This document shows, piece after piece, positions 37,028 to 46,685 of a stretch of 64,000 nucleotides of DNA (position 1 is its first letter; the number at the start of each line of letters is the position of its first letter). The notes under the pieces were generated by a model. It saw only the letters and a list, made by a program, of their open reading frames with translations, was not told the origin of the DNA and did no database searches. Location of the stretch: NCBI GenBank assembly GCA_963706575.1, contig CAVPNL010000012.1, positions 1 through 64,000 on the forward strand, read 5' to 3'. The DNA comes from an uncultured delta proteobacterium. GTDB taxonomy: Bacteria; Desulfobacterota; Desulfobacteria; Desulfobacterales; JAHEIW01. The position numbers and the translations under genes were made by a program.

Positions 37028-37993
37028 ATGACGTGACTTTTCAAAAGGTGCCGCTTATGTTGATGGCCAGATGGTGCCCATCGCTGAGGCTAAAATCTCG
37101 CTGCTTGACTGGGGCTTCCTTCATTCGGATGCAACCTATGATGTCGCGGGTGTGTTAAAGGGAAAGTTCTTTCGGCTCGATGACCATATCGAACGTTTCT
37201 TTGCGAGTATGGAAAAACTGCACATGTCAATTCCGCACAGCCGCAGCGATCTGCGCACTATCCTGATTGACTGCGTCCGGGCAAGCGGACTGAAAGATGC
37301 CTATGTCGAAATGATTTGTACCCGAGGGTTGCCCCAGCCGGGCTCGCGTGATCCGCGCACCTGCACGAATCAATTTTTCGCCTTCGCAATACCGTTTGTC
37401 TGGATCGCAACCCTTGAAAAACAAAAAGAGGGGCTGCACCTCATCATCAGTCGCCGACAGCGCATCCCACCGGAATCGGTTGACCCCACCGTGAAAAACT
37501 ATCACTGGCTCGACATGGTTATGGGCCTTTTCGAAGCTTACGATCGCGGGGGCGAAACGGTCATTGTCGTCGATGCGGACGGGAACCTGGTCGAGGGGCC
37601 GGGCTTCAATATTTTTGCGGTAAACGGCAGCACGCTGACGACACCCGGAAAAGGTGTGTTTAGAAGGTATGACGCGCAGGACGACGATCGAGATAGCACC
37701 GGAGTGTGGTTATGAAGTCTGTGCTGCGCAACCTGCCCGCTGATGAAGCGCTTGCTGCGGATGAAGTATTTATCACGACTACCGCCGGCGGCCTCATACC
37801 GATTACAAAAATCGACGGGCAGGCAATCGGCGCAGGCGCACCCGGCCCGGTTACCCGGAAATTACAAAAACGCTATTGGGAAGTGCACGAAGATCCGCGC
37901 TATACTTTGAAAATCGATTATTCCCGACTTGCGCGGAGATTTTATAACAATACGGTGAAAGCTCGGTTTCAACACCACTGGAGGCCTGCGTGA
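37028..37993 (+). pseudogene. Class IV aminotransferase, (R)-amine transaminase-like, with three +1 frameshifts
   Basis: LDWGFLHSDATYDV, KNYHW, EGPGFN; VLEGMTR and TTAGG restored by removing T near 37034, 37660 and 37720. Confidence 0.82.
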
Positions 37994-38023
37994 AGATCTA
38001 GAAATGAAAGGAGATGACGTCCT

Positions 38024-38983
38024 ATGGGGCTTACAGAAATCTACCAGGAAGGCAAAAAGATCCTCAGGGGAAAAGAGTTCGGATGGGTGCTGGATGCGGT
38101 TGAAACCGGGTTTATTCTCGAACACGATCGTCGCATCCTCGATCGGTACACGTTTAGACCCCGTTACATCGACGGCGTGGAGCCCATAACCAGCTGCCGA
38201 ATTCTCGATGTTGAGTTGACAGCCCCGGTGATTATGTCGGCCATGACCATGCCGATTCCGGCGATAACGGATAACGGTTTGATGGATGTGGCCCAGGCCC
38301 TTAAAGATGCCGGCAGCCTCATGTGGGTGGGCACCCCCATCCCAAAGAATTTAAAGGACCTGGCTGCGACCGGCGTTCCGCTGGTAGCCAACGCAAAGCC
38401 TTTCAGAGATCGAGACAAAGTATTTCGAGATTTGGAAGAAATCCAAAAAGCCGGTGTCACCTGGGTGGGGATCGAGACGGACGCCGGGCAAGGAACCAAG
38501 ATCCACGACAAGCAGGTGGCCACCGACTGTGCACCGCTTTCACTGCAAGAACTCAAAGACATCCGCAAAAACGTTTCCTGTCCGTTGATCTGCAAAGGGA
38601 TTCTGAGTCGTCGGGATGCAGAAAAATGTGTCGAGGCCGGTGCCGACGGTATGGTTGTTTCCAACCACGGCGCCCACACCCTGGACTACCTGCCCCATGC
38701 CCTGCAGGTAATGGATGAAATTGTTGAAGCTGTCGGAGACAAGACTGTCCTGATTGCCGATGGCGGTTTCCGACGTGGCAGCGACGTCCTCAAGGGCTTG
38801 GCCTTTGGCGCTTCAGTCGTCGGCCTCGGCCGCCCGATCCTTTATGGCCTGGCCGCCCAAGGCCGGGAAGGTGTTTATCATCTCATCGATGAAATCACAA
38901 AAGAAATGAAACGTATCATGAGTATGATCGGTGCCGAAAATCCCGCAAAGCTTACACGCGATATGCTGATTGAAGACCCCTGA
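38024..38983 (+). CDS. FMN-dependent alpha-hydroxy acid dehydrogenase family protein
   Basis: KGILS, SNHG, DGGFRRGSD and GRP motifs. Confidence 0.88.
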   Translation: MGLTEIYQEGKKILRGKEFGWVLDAVETGFILEHDRRILDRYTFRPRYIDGVEPITSCRILDVELTAPVIMSAMTMPIPAITDNGLMDVAQALKDAGSLMWVGTPIPKNLKDLAATGVPLVANAKPFRDRDKVFRDLEEIQKAGVTWVGIETDAGQGTKIHDKQVATDCAPLSLQELKDIRKNVSCPLICKGILSRRDAEKCVEAGADGMVVSNHGAHTLDYLPHALQVMDEIVEAVGDKTVLIADGGFRRGSDVLKGLAFGASVVGLGRPILYGLAAQGREGVYHLIDEITKEMKRIMSMIGAENPAKLTRDMLIEDP

Positions 38984-39044
38984 TCCATAGCAGTAAAAAA
39001 AAGGGGAGAATATCTTCGAAGGAAGAGAAAAAAAGTTCAAGAGG

Positions 39045-39220
39045 TGCACTAAAGTTACAAGTGCCTAAAATGACTAAAATGAGCTAAAATGCCTAAAGTT
39101 GTGGTTTCGCTCGCGCAGCGCAGGCGCTTGCGCCGCGTGGCGCTCTATCTATTATTTTTAATATGATAGAATTCCTCAATTTTAGGCATTTTAGATCATT
39201 TTTAAATTTTAGCTCATTTG
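39045..39220. repeat. Inverted repeat built from CTAAAATG units
   Basis: GAGCTAAAATGCCTAAA ... TTTAGGCATTTTAG...TTTTAGCTC. Confidence 0.65.
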
Positions 39221-39307
39221 TTGTGATAAGCACTATTTATAGATATAGAGCTTTACCATATGACGGCAGTCCGCCGGAAGCGGATTGAGGCGGGTGCTAG
39301 ATATTTT

Positions 39308-39454
39308 TCAAGAAACTTTAGACTCTAACTTGCATTTTTTATCCACCTTAGATTTATCGCCACATTTCGGGCATCGTATATCGCCCCATTCAGCTTTAAT
39401 CGTTATTTTCTCAAACCCTCCATGCTTTTGGCATATAAATTGATAGACAGGCAT
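39308..39454 (-). CDS. 48-aa FmdB-like zinc-ribbon protein (not in ORF track)
   Basis: AAGGAG RBS; MPVYQFICQKHGGFE...RCPKCG. Confidence 0.7.
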   Translation of the reverse strand: MPVYQFICQKHGGFEKITIKAEWGDIRCPKCGDKSKVDKKCKLESKVS

Positions 39455-39619
39455 TATATACTCCTTGACACATATATTTTATTAGAAACATCGCCTATCA
39501 CTGTATTCGGCCAACAGGGGGGATTACTTTAGAAGTGGTTTCAAAACCCCATCTCGTTTTTTCGGGTATTTAGAAAGGTGGAAAGAAGGATGGATCAGAC
39601 GGGCTCCGGCCACAAAACT

Positions 39620-41252
39620 TTATTGTAAAACAATTTCATCGATCCAAATTGTGTTTGAACCCGGATTGCCGCCATCTCCTTGAAAGCTTGAAACCAGGAA
39701 AAAGATCTGAAGAACTTTTGCCATATCGGGTTTAGGCGGGTAATTGGAAACATTGTTTTGCGTCCATTTCGATGGGACAAAATCATCAAACGGGATTTCT
39801 ACCTTTTTCCAATCTTTGCCCGGAACAATTTCGCTGCGGTTATAATACTGAGCCACGGTCCCGAGTTTGGATTTAGCCGTCTCACTGTAGCAAAGGAGGG
39901 TGGCCAAGATTTTGTTGGGTTTTGATAAGAATGAAGTATCTTTCTCGCCTTTTAAAGAAAACGTTATGCTGTTGAACCTTGAAAGATCATAAGCCATCTC
40001 TCTGTGCTTTTCATTTATATAGGGTGCTTTAATCCCGATGCGAACGCTGACAGCTGATCTAGCATTTAACTTGTATTCTATTTTCATGGAACAGGAAGTC
40101 CCGTCGGCCGCCTGGGACGTGTCGGCCGAAACGTTGATCCTGGCACGGCCCTTTTTATGATGGCTCCATTTGTCATGGAAATTCTGCGACCAAAGGTCCC
40201 GGTCTTCAAAATCGTCCAGGATAAAAGGACCCTGACCCCGCTTCAAAACCTTGTGGGGCGTTTTTACCGTCTTCGGGATATAGGCCACGCGGTCGTCCTG
40301 ACCCTCAGCAGATCCCGATTCCAAGGTCCGGGGGGTTGCCTGCGGCTTTACAGCTTCGGGCGTTGTTTTTACAGCCATCTTTTTTTCAGGCGCCTGTGGC
40401 GGCACGAAGATAAAATCGCCGCGGTCCAGCTTGGGGTTGTTTATCTTACCGTACTGAGGGTGCTGCCCGCCCCGTGTGTAGTTTACCACCTTCTCCTGAA
40501 GGTGCATCCCCAGCTCGGAGCCGGTGACATAGCCATCCGCATTCAAGTCCGCGTCTCCGCTGATCCCCTGCAAGAACACCACCTTGAATACCGACTGATC
40601 CGGAACCTGTTCCCCCGCGCCGCCGGCCGTAATAAATTGCCTTACCGGCTGGGCGGATTTTTCAGAAATATCGACCGGGGCGGCACGCACGACATTGAAG
40701 AGGGAGCCCGAAAAACAGGAGTCAAACACCATAATGAAATGCTTGGACTTTACCTTTAGCGCCAGAACCTCCATGTCTTTCATGGAAATCGCTTTGCTGT
40801 CGAAGCCAACGGGATCCTTGTTCTTTAATGGACAGTCGCCGGGCACGATGTAACCCAGCTCGGTACCGTCGGCCAGCTCGATAGTCTCACCATGGCCGGC
40901 AAAATAAAACAGCAGGGCTCGATTTTTTTCTCTGCCCGCCTGGTAAACAACATCGCTTAGAACCTTTCTCAATTCTTTGGCAGAAGGATCCAGTGCGAGT
41001 TTGACCTCAAAGCCAATCTCTTTCAGGCGCGAGGCAACTTCGCTGGCGTCTTTGGCGGCGCTGGGCAGATCAGGCCATTTTTCGTAATCGCTGATTCCCA
41101 CAACCAGCGCATGGTAATCCTTATAAAGGTATAAGCTCTGTCCCTTTTTGGCAGTTACGTTGATGCCGCGCGTTGTTGAAAACGAAGAGAGGGGGAAAAC
41201 TGAAAAAAAGGAGCAGAAAGAATAGGGATAAAAAAGATATTCGTTTCTTCAT
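39620..41252 (-). CDS. Secreted caspase-family protein with C-terminal CBM11/CIA30-like domain; signal peptide frameshifted
   Basis: FAGHG and DSCFSG dyad; LDDFED...IWIDEI; ATG 41252 with GGGAG RBS is out of frame by one base, most simply in the T7 tract at 41203-41209. Confidence 0.82.
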
Positions 41253-41436
41253 GGCACACTCCCGTAATGAAATATCCTGGTTATGGTTAGGAGTGAGAAA
41301 CCGAAAGTGGCAAACCGCTTAACCAGCTAAAATGCAATTTAAAAGAAAACGGCAAGTTAGTCAAGAATGAAGGCTTGCTTCCCCGTTACCCTTTTGGGCG
41401 AAGTCCTTCAAGCAATAAGACCCGCTCTCAATTTGC

Positions 41437-41593
41437 TTGACGATGAAATAACCTTTTTGTTAAAAATAGAGTTCGATAATATTAGGATAACCCAAAACCA
41501 GAGGGCGCCATGATTAAAGAAAGGTTCAGGGTTAAAAAAAGATCGCGATACAGAAACCCCATTTCTCAAAAAGAGAGGTGGGGTTTTTGGTTT
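41437..41593 (+). ncRNA. Candidate leader/sRNA: promoter plus terminator hairpin (copy B)
   Basis: TTGACG-18-TAAAAA; AAACCCCATTTCTC-AAAAA-GAGAGGTGGGGTTTTT. Confidence 0.45.
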
Positions 41594-41607
41594 AGAGGGG
41601 TAACAAG

Positions 41608-41761
41608 TAGAACCTATCTCAAAAATGTGGATCAGGGTTCAGGGCAAGGCGTCACGTGAATTGAAACTCGTGTGTCCGAGCGTACACCGAGTGCGTGAGT
41701 ATTTCAATTCGCGGGACAACGCAGCCCTGGGCACTTAGACGCATATTTGCGATGGGTTCTA
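41608..41761. mobile_element. MITE (family A)
   Basis: TAGAACCTATCTCAAAAAT ... ATTTGCGATGGGTTCTA; long internal fold-back. Confidence 0.7.
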
Positions 41762-41779
41762 AAAACTTGGAGCGTTAAT

Positions 41780-43129
41780 ATGTTTAGCCAGATTATTAAA
41801 ATGCTTCAGACGTGTGATACCGATCACGGGGTTTTGCCGCCTGCGGAAATATTTAATGAAGGCTGGATGCTTAGACTCATCCTTGATTGGTTTTCCAGAC
41901 AACCGGTATCCGGTCATCAATTGTCATTTGAAAAAAACGCGCGCTGGTATTCAGAGTTGTTATTACCATCCCAGTTCCTGCCAAGATATCAAAGGGATCC
42001 TCAAGCGGAGTCTTATGCGCATGCGGATGGTGTCATCGGGCATTTTTTAATTGGCCGCTCAGGAAAGGGCGATATTGATTTAGATTCCGACGCAAAACAA
42101 TTTGTGGTCGTTGAAGCCAAGATTTTCAGCAGGTTGTCAAAAGGGATAAAAAATTTTGAAAACTATGATCAGGCCGCGCGAACCACCGCATGTATCGCTG
42201 AGACACTATCTCTTGCACAACGACAAATTAGTGATATTTCAAGGTTTGGTTTTTATGTTCTCGCTCCTGAAAATCAATTAAAATTCGAGCCGACGTTCCA
42301 AACCTTTTTAGAAAAAGATAGTATCAGAATAAAAGTGCAGAAAAGGATCAAAGCCTATTCAGATCCAAAAGATGCTGAAACGAAGAATAGATGGTTTCAA
42401 ACATGGTTTCTGCCAACCCTCGAAGACATTGATATAAAATGCCTCACCTGGGAAAAAATCATATCGTACATAAACGCTAATGATCGCCACAATGGAGAGG
42501 CATTATCAGAATTTTACGAAAAATGTTTGGCTTTGAATCAACCCAAATCTAAATTAAGCCCGACAGAAAAATTATCACCCCAGGTAACAACAGGCAAAAT
42601 ATCCGAGTATAGGGTAATTACTAAATTACGATCTTTAGGCTTAGTCGCTAATAAACCGATACCTGATCGTGGAATCGATATCGAGGCAAAGTCTTTGGAG
42701 CATCCCGCTAAAATCATCAGAATCCAGGTCAAAAGCAGAAACCCAAAATACGATCCAAATTGGAGATGGTTTCAGATCAGAGTCCAGCCAAAGGAATTGG
42801 CGGCGGCGAAAAATAACGAGATTGATGCCGGCCAAACATGGATCGACAAGGTGAACAAAGTCGACTTTTTTGTCTTAGACGCCGTTAAACATGATGAAAT
42901 GTGGGTGCTGCCCAAAGAAAAAATATTCGAATTGGTCAAATTAAACGAGCAGCGGTACGGCAGCAGACCTGATAACGTTTTCAATTATGAAACGCCTTTA
43001 AAACAGAAACAAAAAGAAATGAATTTAGATATCGCGGTTGAGGGAGAAAAATTAACGCAGAAATTTGCTGAATATCTTGATAATTTTCAGTTGATTTTGG
43101 ATGCCCTAGCTAAAAAAGAGGTCGATTAG
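41780..43129 (+). CDS. Fusion of two PD-(D/E)xK nuclease-like domains
   Basis: HADGV...VVEAK...DQAAR and SE...PDRGIDI...IQVKSR. Confidence 0.7.
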   Translation: MFSQIIKMLQTCDTDHGVLPPAEIFNEGWMLRLILDWFSRQPVSGHQLSFEKNARWYSELLLPSQFLPRYQRDPQAESYAHADGVIGHFLIGRSGKGDIDLDSDAKQFVVVEAKIFSRLSKGIKNFENYDQAARTTACIAETLSLAQRQISDISRFGFYVLAPENQLKFEPTFQTFLEKDSIRIKVQKRIKAYSDPKDAETKNRWFQTWFLPTLEDIDIKCLTWEKIISYINANDRHNGEALSEFYEKCLALNQPKSKLSPTEKLSPQVTTGKISEYRVITKLRSLGLVANKPIPDRGIDIEAKSLEHPAKIIRIQVKSRNPKYDPNWRWFQIRVQPKELAAAKNNEIDAGQTWIDKVNKVDFFVLDAVKHDEMWVLPKEKIFELVKLNEQRYGSRPDNVFNYETPLKQKQKEMNLDIAVEGEKLTQKFAEYLDNFQLILDALAKKEVD

Positions 43130-43187
43130 TTAAATTGTTTATTGGTTGAATGGTAACCGATACGGGATCCAGATGATTAAAACCGAC

Positions 43188-43784
43188 CTATGATCCATCA
43201 AAAGCGGCCTGTGCGTCGACCTTCTCGGCATATTCCACCAAAAAATAATTGCTGCGTGACGGCTGCGGCAATCGATCCAGGATGTCTTCGTCTGCCTTGC
43301 GGACAATCGCTGCGGTCAGTTCGAGTTTGACGCCCTCCAAATACACTGCGACACGGTCTATACCCTTCCCTGTACTATTATTAGACTCGGAGACTGCCTC
43401 ATTTAGTGCTTCCAGCACAGAAGAATCTGCCGCAATGATATTCATTGATTGCACCGCCTTTTGTGCCCTTGGGGCACCGGGTGATTTACACATGTAAAAA
43501 TCCGGATGCTCCCGGTAAATCGGTCGTAAGTCCGCCATACTGATAGCATGTAGCGAAAATTCGTTAAATTCTTCTTTATGGGTCGCACGCTCAGCGCCGA
43601 ATAGCATATAAGTTTCTGAGAATGGCTCAAGCAACTCGAAATACGCGTCTAATTCGCCGGCTTCTACATACAATTCATTATCTTCCGTAAATGCAACGGC
43701 TTCCTTGACGGAACGCTGCCAGTAACCTCTCATAATAGCCACTGCCGCCAATATCAAAACGATACATATAAATGATTTTCTCAT
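43188..43784 (-). CDS. Hypothetical protein with N-terminal membrane anchor
   Basis: AGGAG RBS; hydrophobic N-terminus. Confidence 0.75.
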   Translation of the reverse strand: MRKSFICIVLILAAVAIMRGYWQRSVKEAVAFTEDNELYVEAGELDAYFELLEPFSETYMLFGAERATHKEEFNEFSLHAISMADLRPIYREHPDFYMCKSPGAPRAQKAVQSMNIIAADSSVLEALNEAVSESNNSTGKGIDRVAVYLEGVKLELTAAIVRKADEDILDRLPQPSRSNYFLVEYAEKVDAQAAFDGS

Positions 43785-43994
43785 GATAGCTCCTATTGAA
43801 AAATATTGCTGCTCTTAGGTTTTTATCGGTAGATTTGATTTTGAACTTTAGTAGGTATCGAGCCTGGGAAAGGGTCTCACGCAAAGCCGCAAAGACGCAA
43901 AGTCTAAATAGCTATTAACCACAAAGACACGAAGGGCACAAAGTATGTTAAACAAAATATCGAATGTAGAAAAGCGATTCATAGAAGGCGAAAG

Positions 43995-44726
43995 TTAGCG
44001 CTGGTTGGGATTCTGCGGCAAAAATCCGTTTTCAAGACAAAATAATGAATAACCGGGAAAATTCAATTTCTTCAGATATTCGCTCGTCTCCCTAATATCA
44101 TACTCGAGCCTCCCCAATTCAAGCCGGCGCGTAGCCGTATCAAACGTGGCGAAACTTGCACGGGGGTCTCCATCCCTGGATTGGCCGACGCTTCCCGGAT
44201 TAACCAGAATCTTATCTGCGAAATTTTTGACATAAGGCATATGCGTATGGCCGGTGACAATCACATCTGCCCGGATATCCTGATAGTATTCAGCCAATTC
44301 TGATCGGGAGGTGTTTTTATCCAGGTAATGGTGAACAGACAAATGGGGCACGGTATGATTCATATAAAATGAAATCCGATCTAAAAAAAATCGACATTCC
44401 CGCGGAAGCTGCCTCAAATATTTTTTGGCGTCATCATCGATCAGCTCTATTGTTAAATCCGTATTGCGGTCAAGGTCCTTTGCAAGGTGGGCATATTTCT
44501 GACTGATGTAATTAGAGGCTTTTTGATCATAGGCGACATTATAGTCATTATTTCCCATACAAATGTGGGCACAACTATCTTTCAGTGCACGGATGCATTG
44601 CTGCGGAAAGGGGTAATCCACCACGATGTCGCCGCAGCAGAGCATGGCATCATATTTTACTTCTTTCATCACACTGTCAAGCGCATGATAATTTCCATGA
44701 ACATCGGATATGACTAACAATATCAC
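43995..44726 (-). CDS. YfcE/MJ0936-type metallophosphoesterase
   Basis: SDVHGN, CGD, GNND, GHTH and NPGSVGQSRDGDPRAS motifs. Confidence 0.9.
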   Translation of the reverse strand: MILLVISDVHGNYHALDSVMKEVKYDAMLCCGDIVVDYPFPQQCIRALKDSCAHICMGNNDYNVAYDQKASNYISQKYAHLAKDLDRNTDLTIELIDDDAKKYLRQLPRECRFFLDRISFYMNHTVPHLSVHHYLDKNTSRSELAEYYQDIRADVIVTGHTHMPYVKNFADKILVNPGSVGQSRDGDPRASFATFDTATRRLELGRLEYDIRETSEYLKKLNFPGYSLFCLENGFLPQNPNQR

Positions 44727-44755
44727 TTTACGAACTCCGCGTTTAGTTGAACAGT

Positions 44756-44796
44756 AAAAACCCCGTTCTTCCAATGGAGAACCGGGGTTTTTGTTT
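44756..44796 (-). terminator. Terminator-like hairpin between co-oriented genes
   Basis: AAAAACCCCG...CGGGGTTTTT. Confidence 0.6.
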
Positions 44797-44830
44797 GCTT
44801 AACCAGATCCTGATAAAACCTTAAGGCTTC

Positions 44831-45091
44831 TTAAGCGGCTTTTTTGCCAAATTTGATTTTGTAAGCGGATTCTATACGGTCAGTGGGAATACGACCATTA
44901 TTAAAACAAGTCCGGCACAAAGTATAGTAAAGGACAGGTGCTCTATCTTCCCGGTTTTTGGAACCCTTCGGCTCCTCCGGCGTATAACTGCCCAATACGT
45001 GAAGGTATGGATCCCCACACACGATGCAGGGTTCATCTCTAAGATCGTTAAAAAGCTTATCTTCTGCTTCAACCCGCATTTTATCTGTCAT
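44831..45091 (-). CDS. Small CxxC/CxxC zinc-finger protein
   Basis: GAGGGAG RBS; CIVC...CRTC. Confidence 0.7.
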   Translation of the reverse strand: MTDKMRVEAEDKLFNDLRDEPCIVCGDPYLHVLGSYTPEEPKGSKNREDRAPVLYYTLCRTCFNNGRIPTDRIESAYKIKFGKKAA

Positions 45092-45632
45092 AACGACTCC
45101 CTCAGTTTTTTAAGGGTAATTCCGGTTGCCGAAAACTCAGGTATGAAGAACAGGATTTACGATGCTGACATTGCTTGCAGATGGCGATGTGCTTTTTGTT
45201 ATTCGCTTTAGTTTTGGGACAGGAAACGTAGCTCATGGCGTTTTTTTACCCGCAATCATTAGTTTGTTTTAAATCCAATAAATCGAGAGAACCCCTTATT
45301 GCAGCTCCTTATTTAATTATTTATACCCAATATATAGGTATTTGTCAACGAGTTATTACTATATGTTGTGTGTGTTTCATAGGTCAGGGTACATTCGGCA
45401 GATTAGTTAAATTGTTAAAAATTAAAAGGTTCAAGGTTATACCAAAGATTGGTATGCAGAAACTTTACTTCCTGAAATGAGAGGTGGGGGGGCCTGATTT
45501 ATAGGAATGTATATATTATAATTATAATATGATCATCCATAACTCATCTCACGGTTTCTTGACGAAAATCGGTCCTTTTTATATGATAGTAAGATTGCAT
45601 CGGCCATCATATTTTTTTGCGAGTGAAAACAG

Positions 45633-46421
45633 ATGCCAACTTTATTACTGCAACTTAAAAATAAAATCCTTGGAGAATATCCCCTTCAAGAGGGTGCTTC
45701 TTTAACCATCGGCCGGCGGGATACCAACGATGTGGTCATTGAAGATTCTGCTGTTTCCGGACATCACGCCAAGATAGATGCCCTGAAAGATCGGTTTGTG
45801 TTGATTGACCTGCAGAGCAAAAATGGTTCCTTCGTCAACGAGCAGTTGGTGAACTCGCACTGGTTAAAACATGAGGACGTTATCACCATCGGCGAGCATT
45901 CTCTCATCTTTTATTATCATGAAAAAGAACGGACCGGCAAAGACGATTCTGATGACTTTGATGAAACTCAAGCGATGAATACGACCCAGCACCGCCGGAT
46001 GATGATCAAAAGCAACCCCACCAAAAGCATTAATGTGGTAAGATTCTGGGACAGGAGCCAGAATCGCGGCAAGGTCAAGGACGTGGAACCGCCGGCTTCC
46101 GAGCCTCGCATTAAGAGTCCAGAAGAAAAACCGGCGGGCGTCCTGGACTATTTAGCCGGCGGGATGGGCCAGATTAAACTCACTCGCAAAATTACGACCA
46201 TCGGAAAAGACCCCACATCCGACATCGAGGTCAAAGGTCTGCTGATAGGTTCAACCGCCGCCACAATCAGCAAAACGGCTGAGGGGTTCTGCTTTAATTA
46301 TATCAGCGGGCTGCCCCGACCCAAAGTCAATGACCAACCGGTTAGAAAATCGACTATCCTCAAAGATCGGGATATCATTGAAATCGGTTCGGCCCGGTTG
46401 CAGTTTTCAACTGAAGGGTAG
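45633..46421 (+). CDS. Double FHA-domain protein
   Basis: IGR...VSGHHA...SKNG (canonical) plus a degenerate C-terminal FHA. Confidence 0.9.
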   Translation: MPTLLLQLKNKILGEYPLQEGASLTIGRRDTNDVVIEDSAVSGHHAKIDALKDRFVLIDLQSKNGSFVNEQLVNSHWLKHEDVITIGEHSLIFYYHEKERTGKDDSDDFDETQAMNTTQHRRMMIKSNPTKSINVVRFWDRSQNRGKVKDVEPPASEPRIKSPEEKPAGVLDYLAGGMGQIKLTRKITTIGKDPTSDIEVKGLLIGSTAATISKTAEGFCFNYISGLPRPKVNDQPVRKSTILKDRDIIEIGSARLQFSTEG

Positions 46422-46685
46422 TCAAAAACGTTCAAAGGTTCCCCTCTTTCATCCGCAGATTAAGCAGATTACACAGATTATAAAAATAAGTTCTGTAAAA
46501 TTAACCGCAGACACAGACAAATTAAAAATAATTAACCACCGCGGTTGAATCCCACCCTCTATCGAAATTTCCCATTTATAAAATGATTGCATTCCGCTTA
46601 AAAAAAATATAACCCATAAGCAAATAGTTTTTTGAGGCCAACCGTTTTTCATCGATTTATTAGCGCTTGACAAGGAGATAACCGT

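Noticed and set aside
37034..37036. TGA after ATG ACG as possible selenocysteine
   Set aside because: The downstream protein is in a different frame; explained by a +1 insertion
36894..39220. Short repeats as a possible CRISPR array
   Set aside because: No regular repeat-spacer structure and no cas genes
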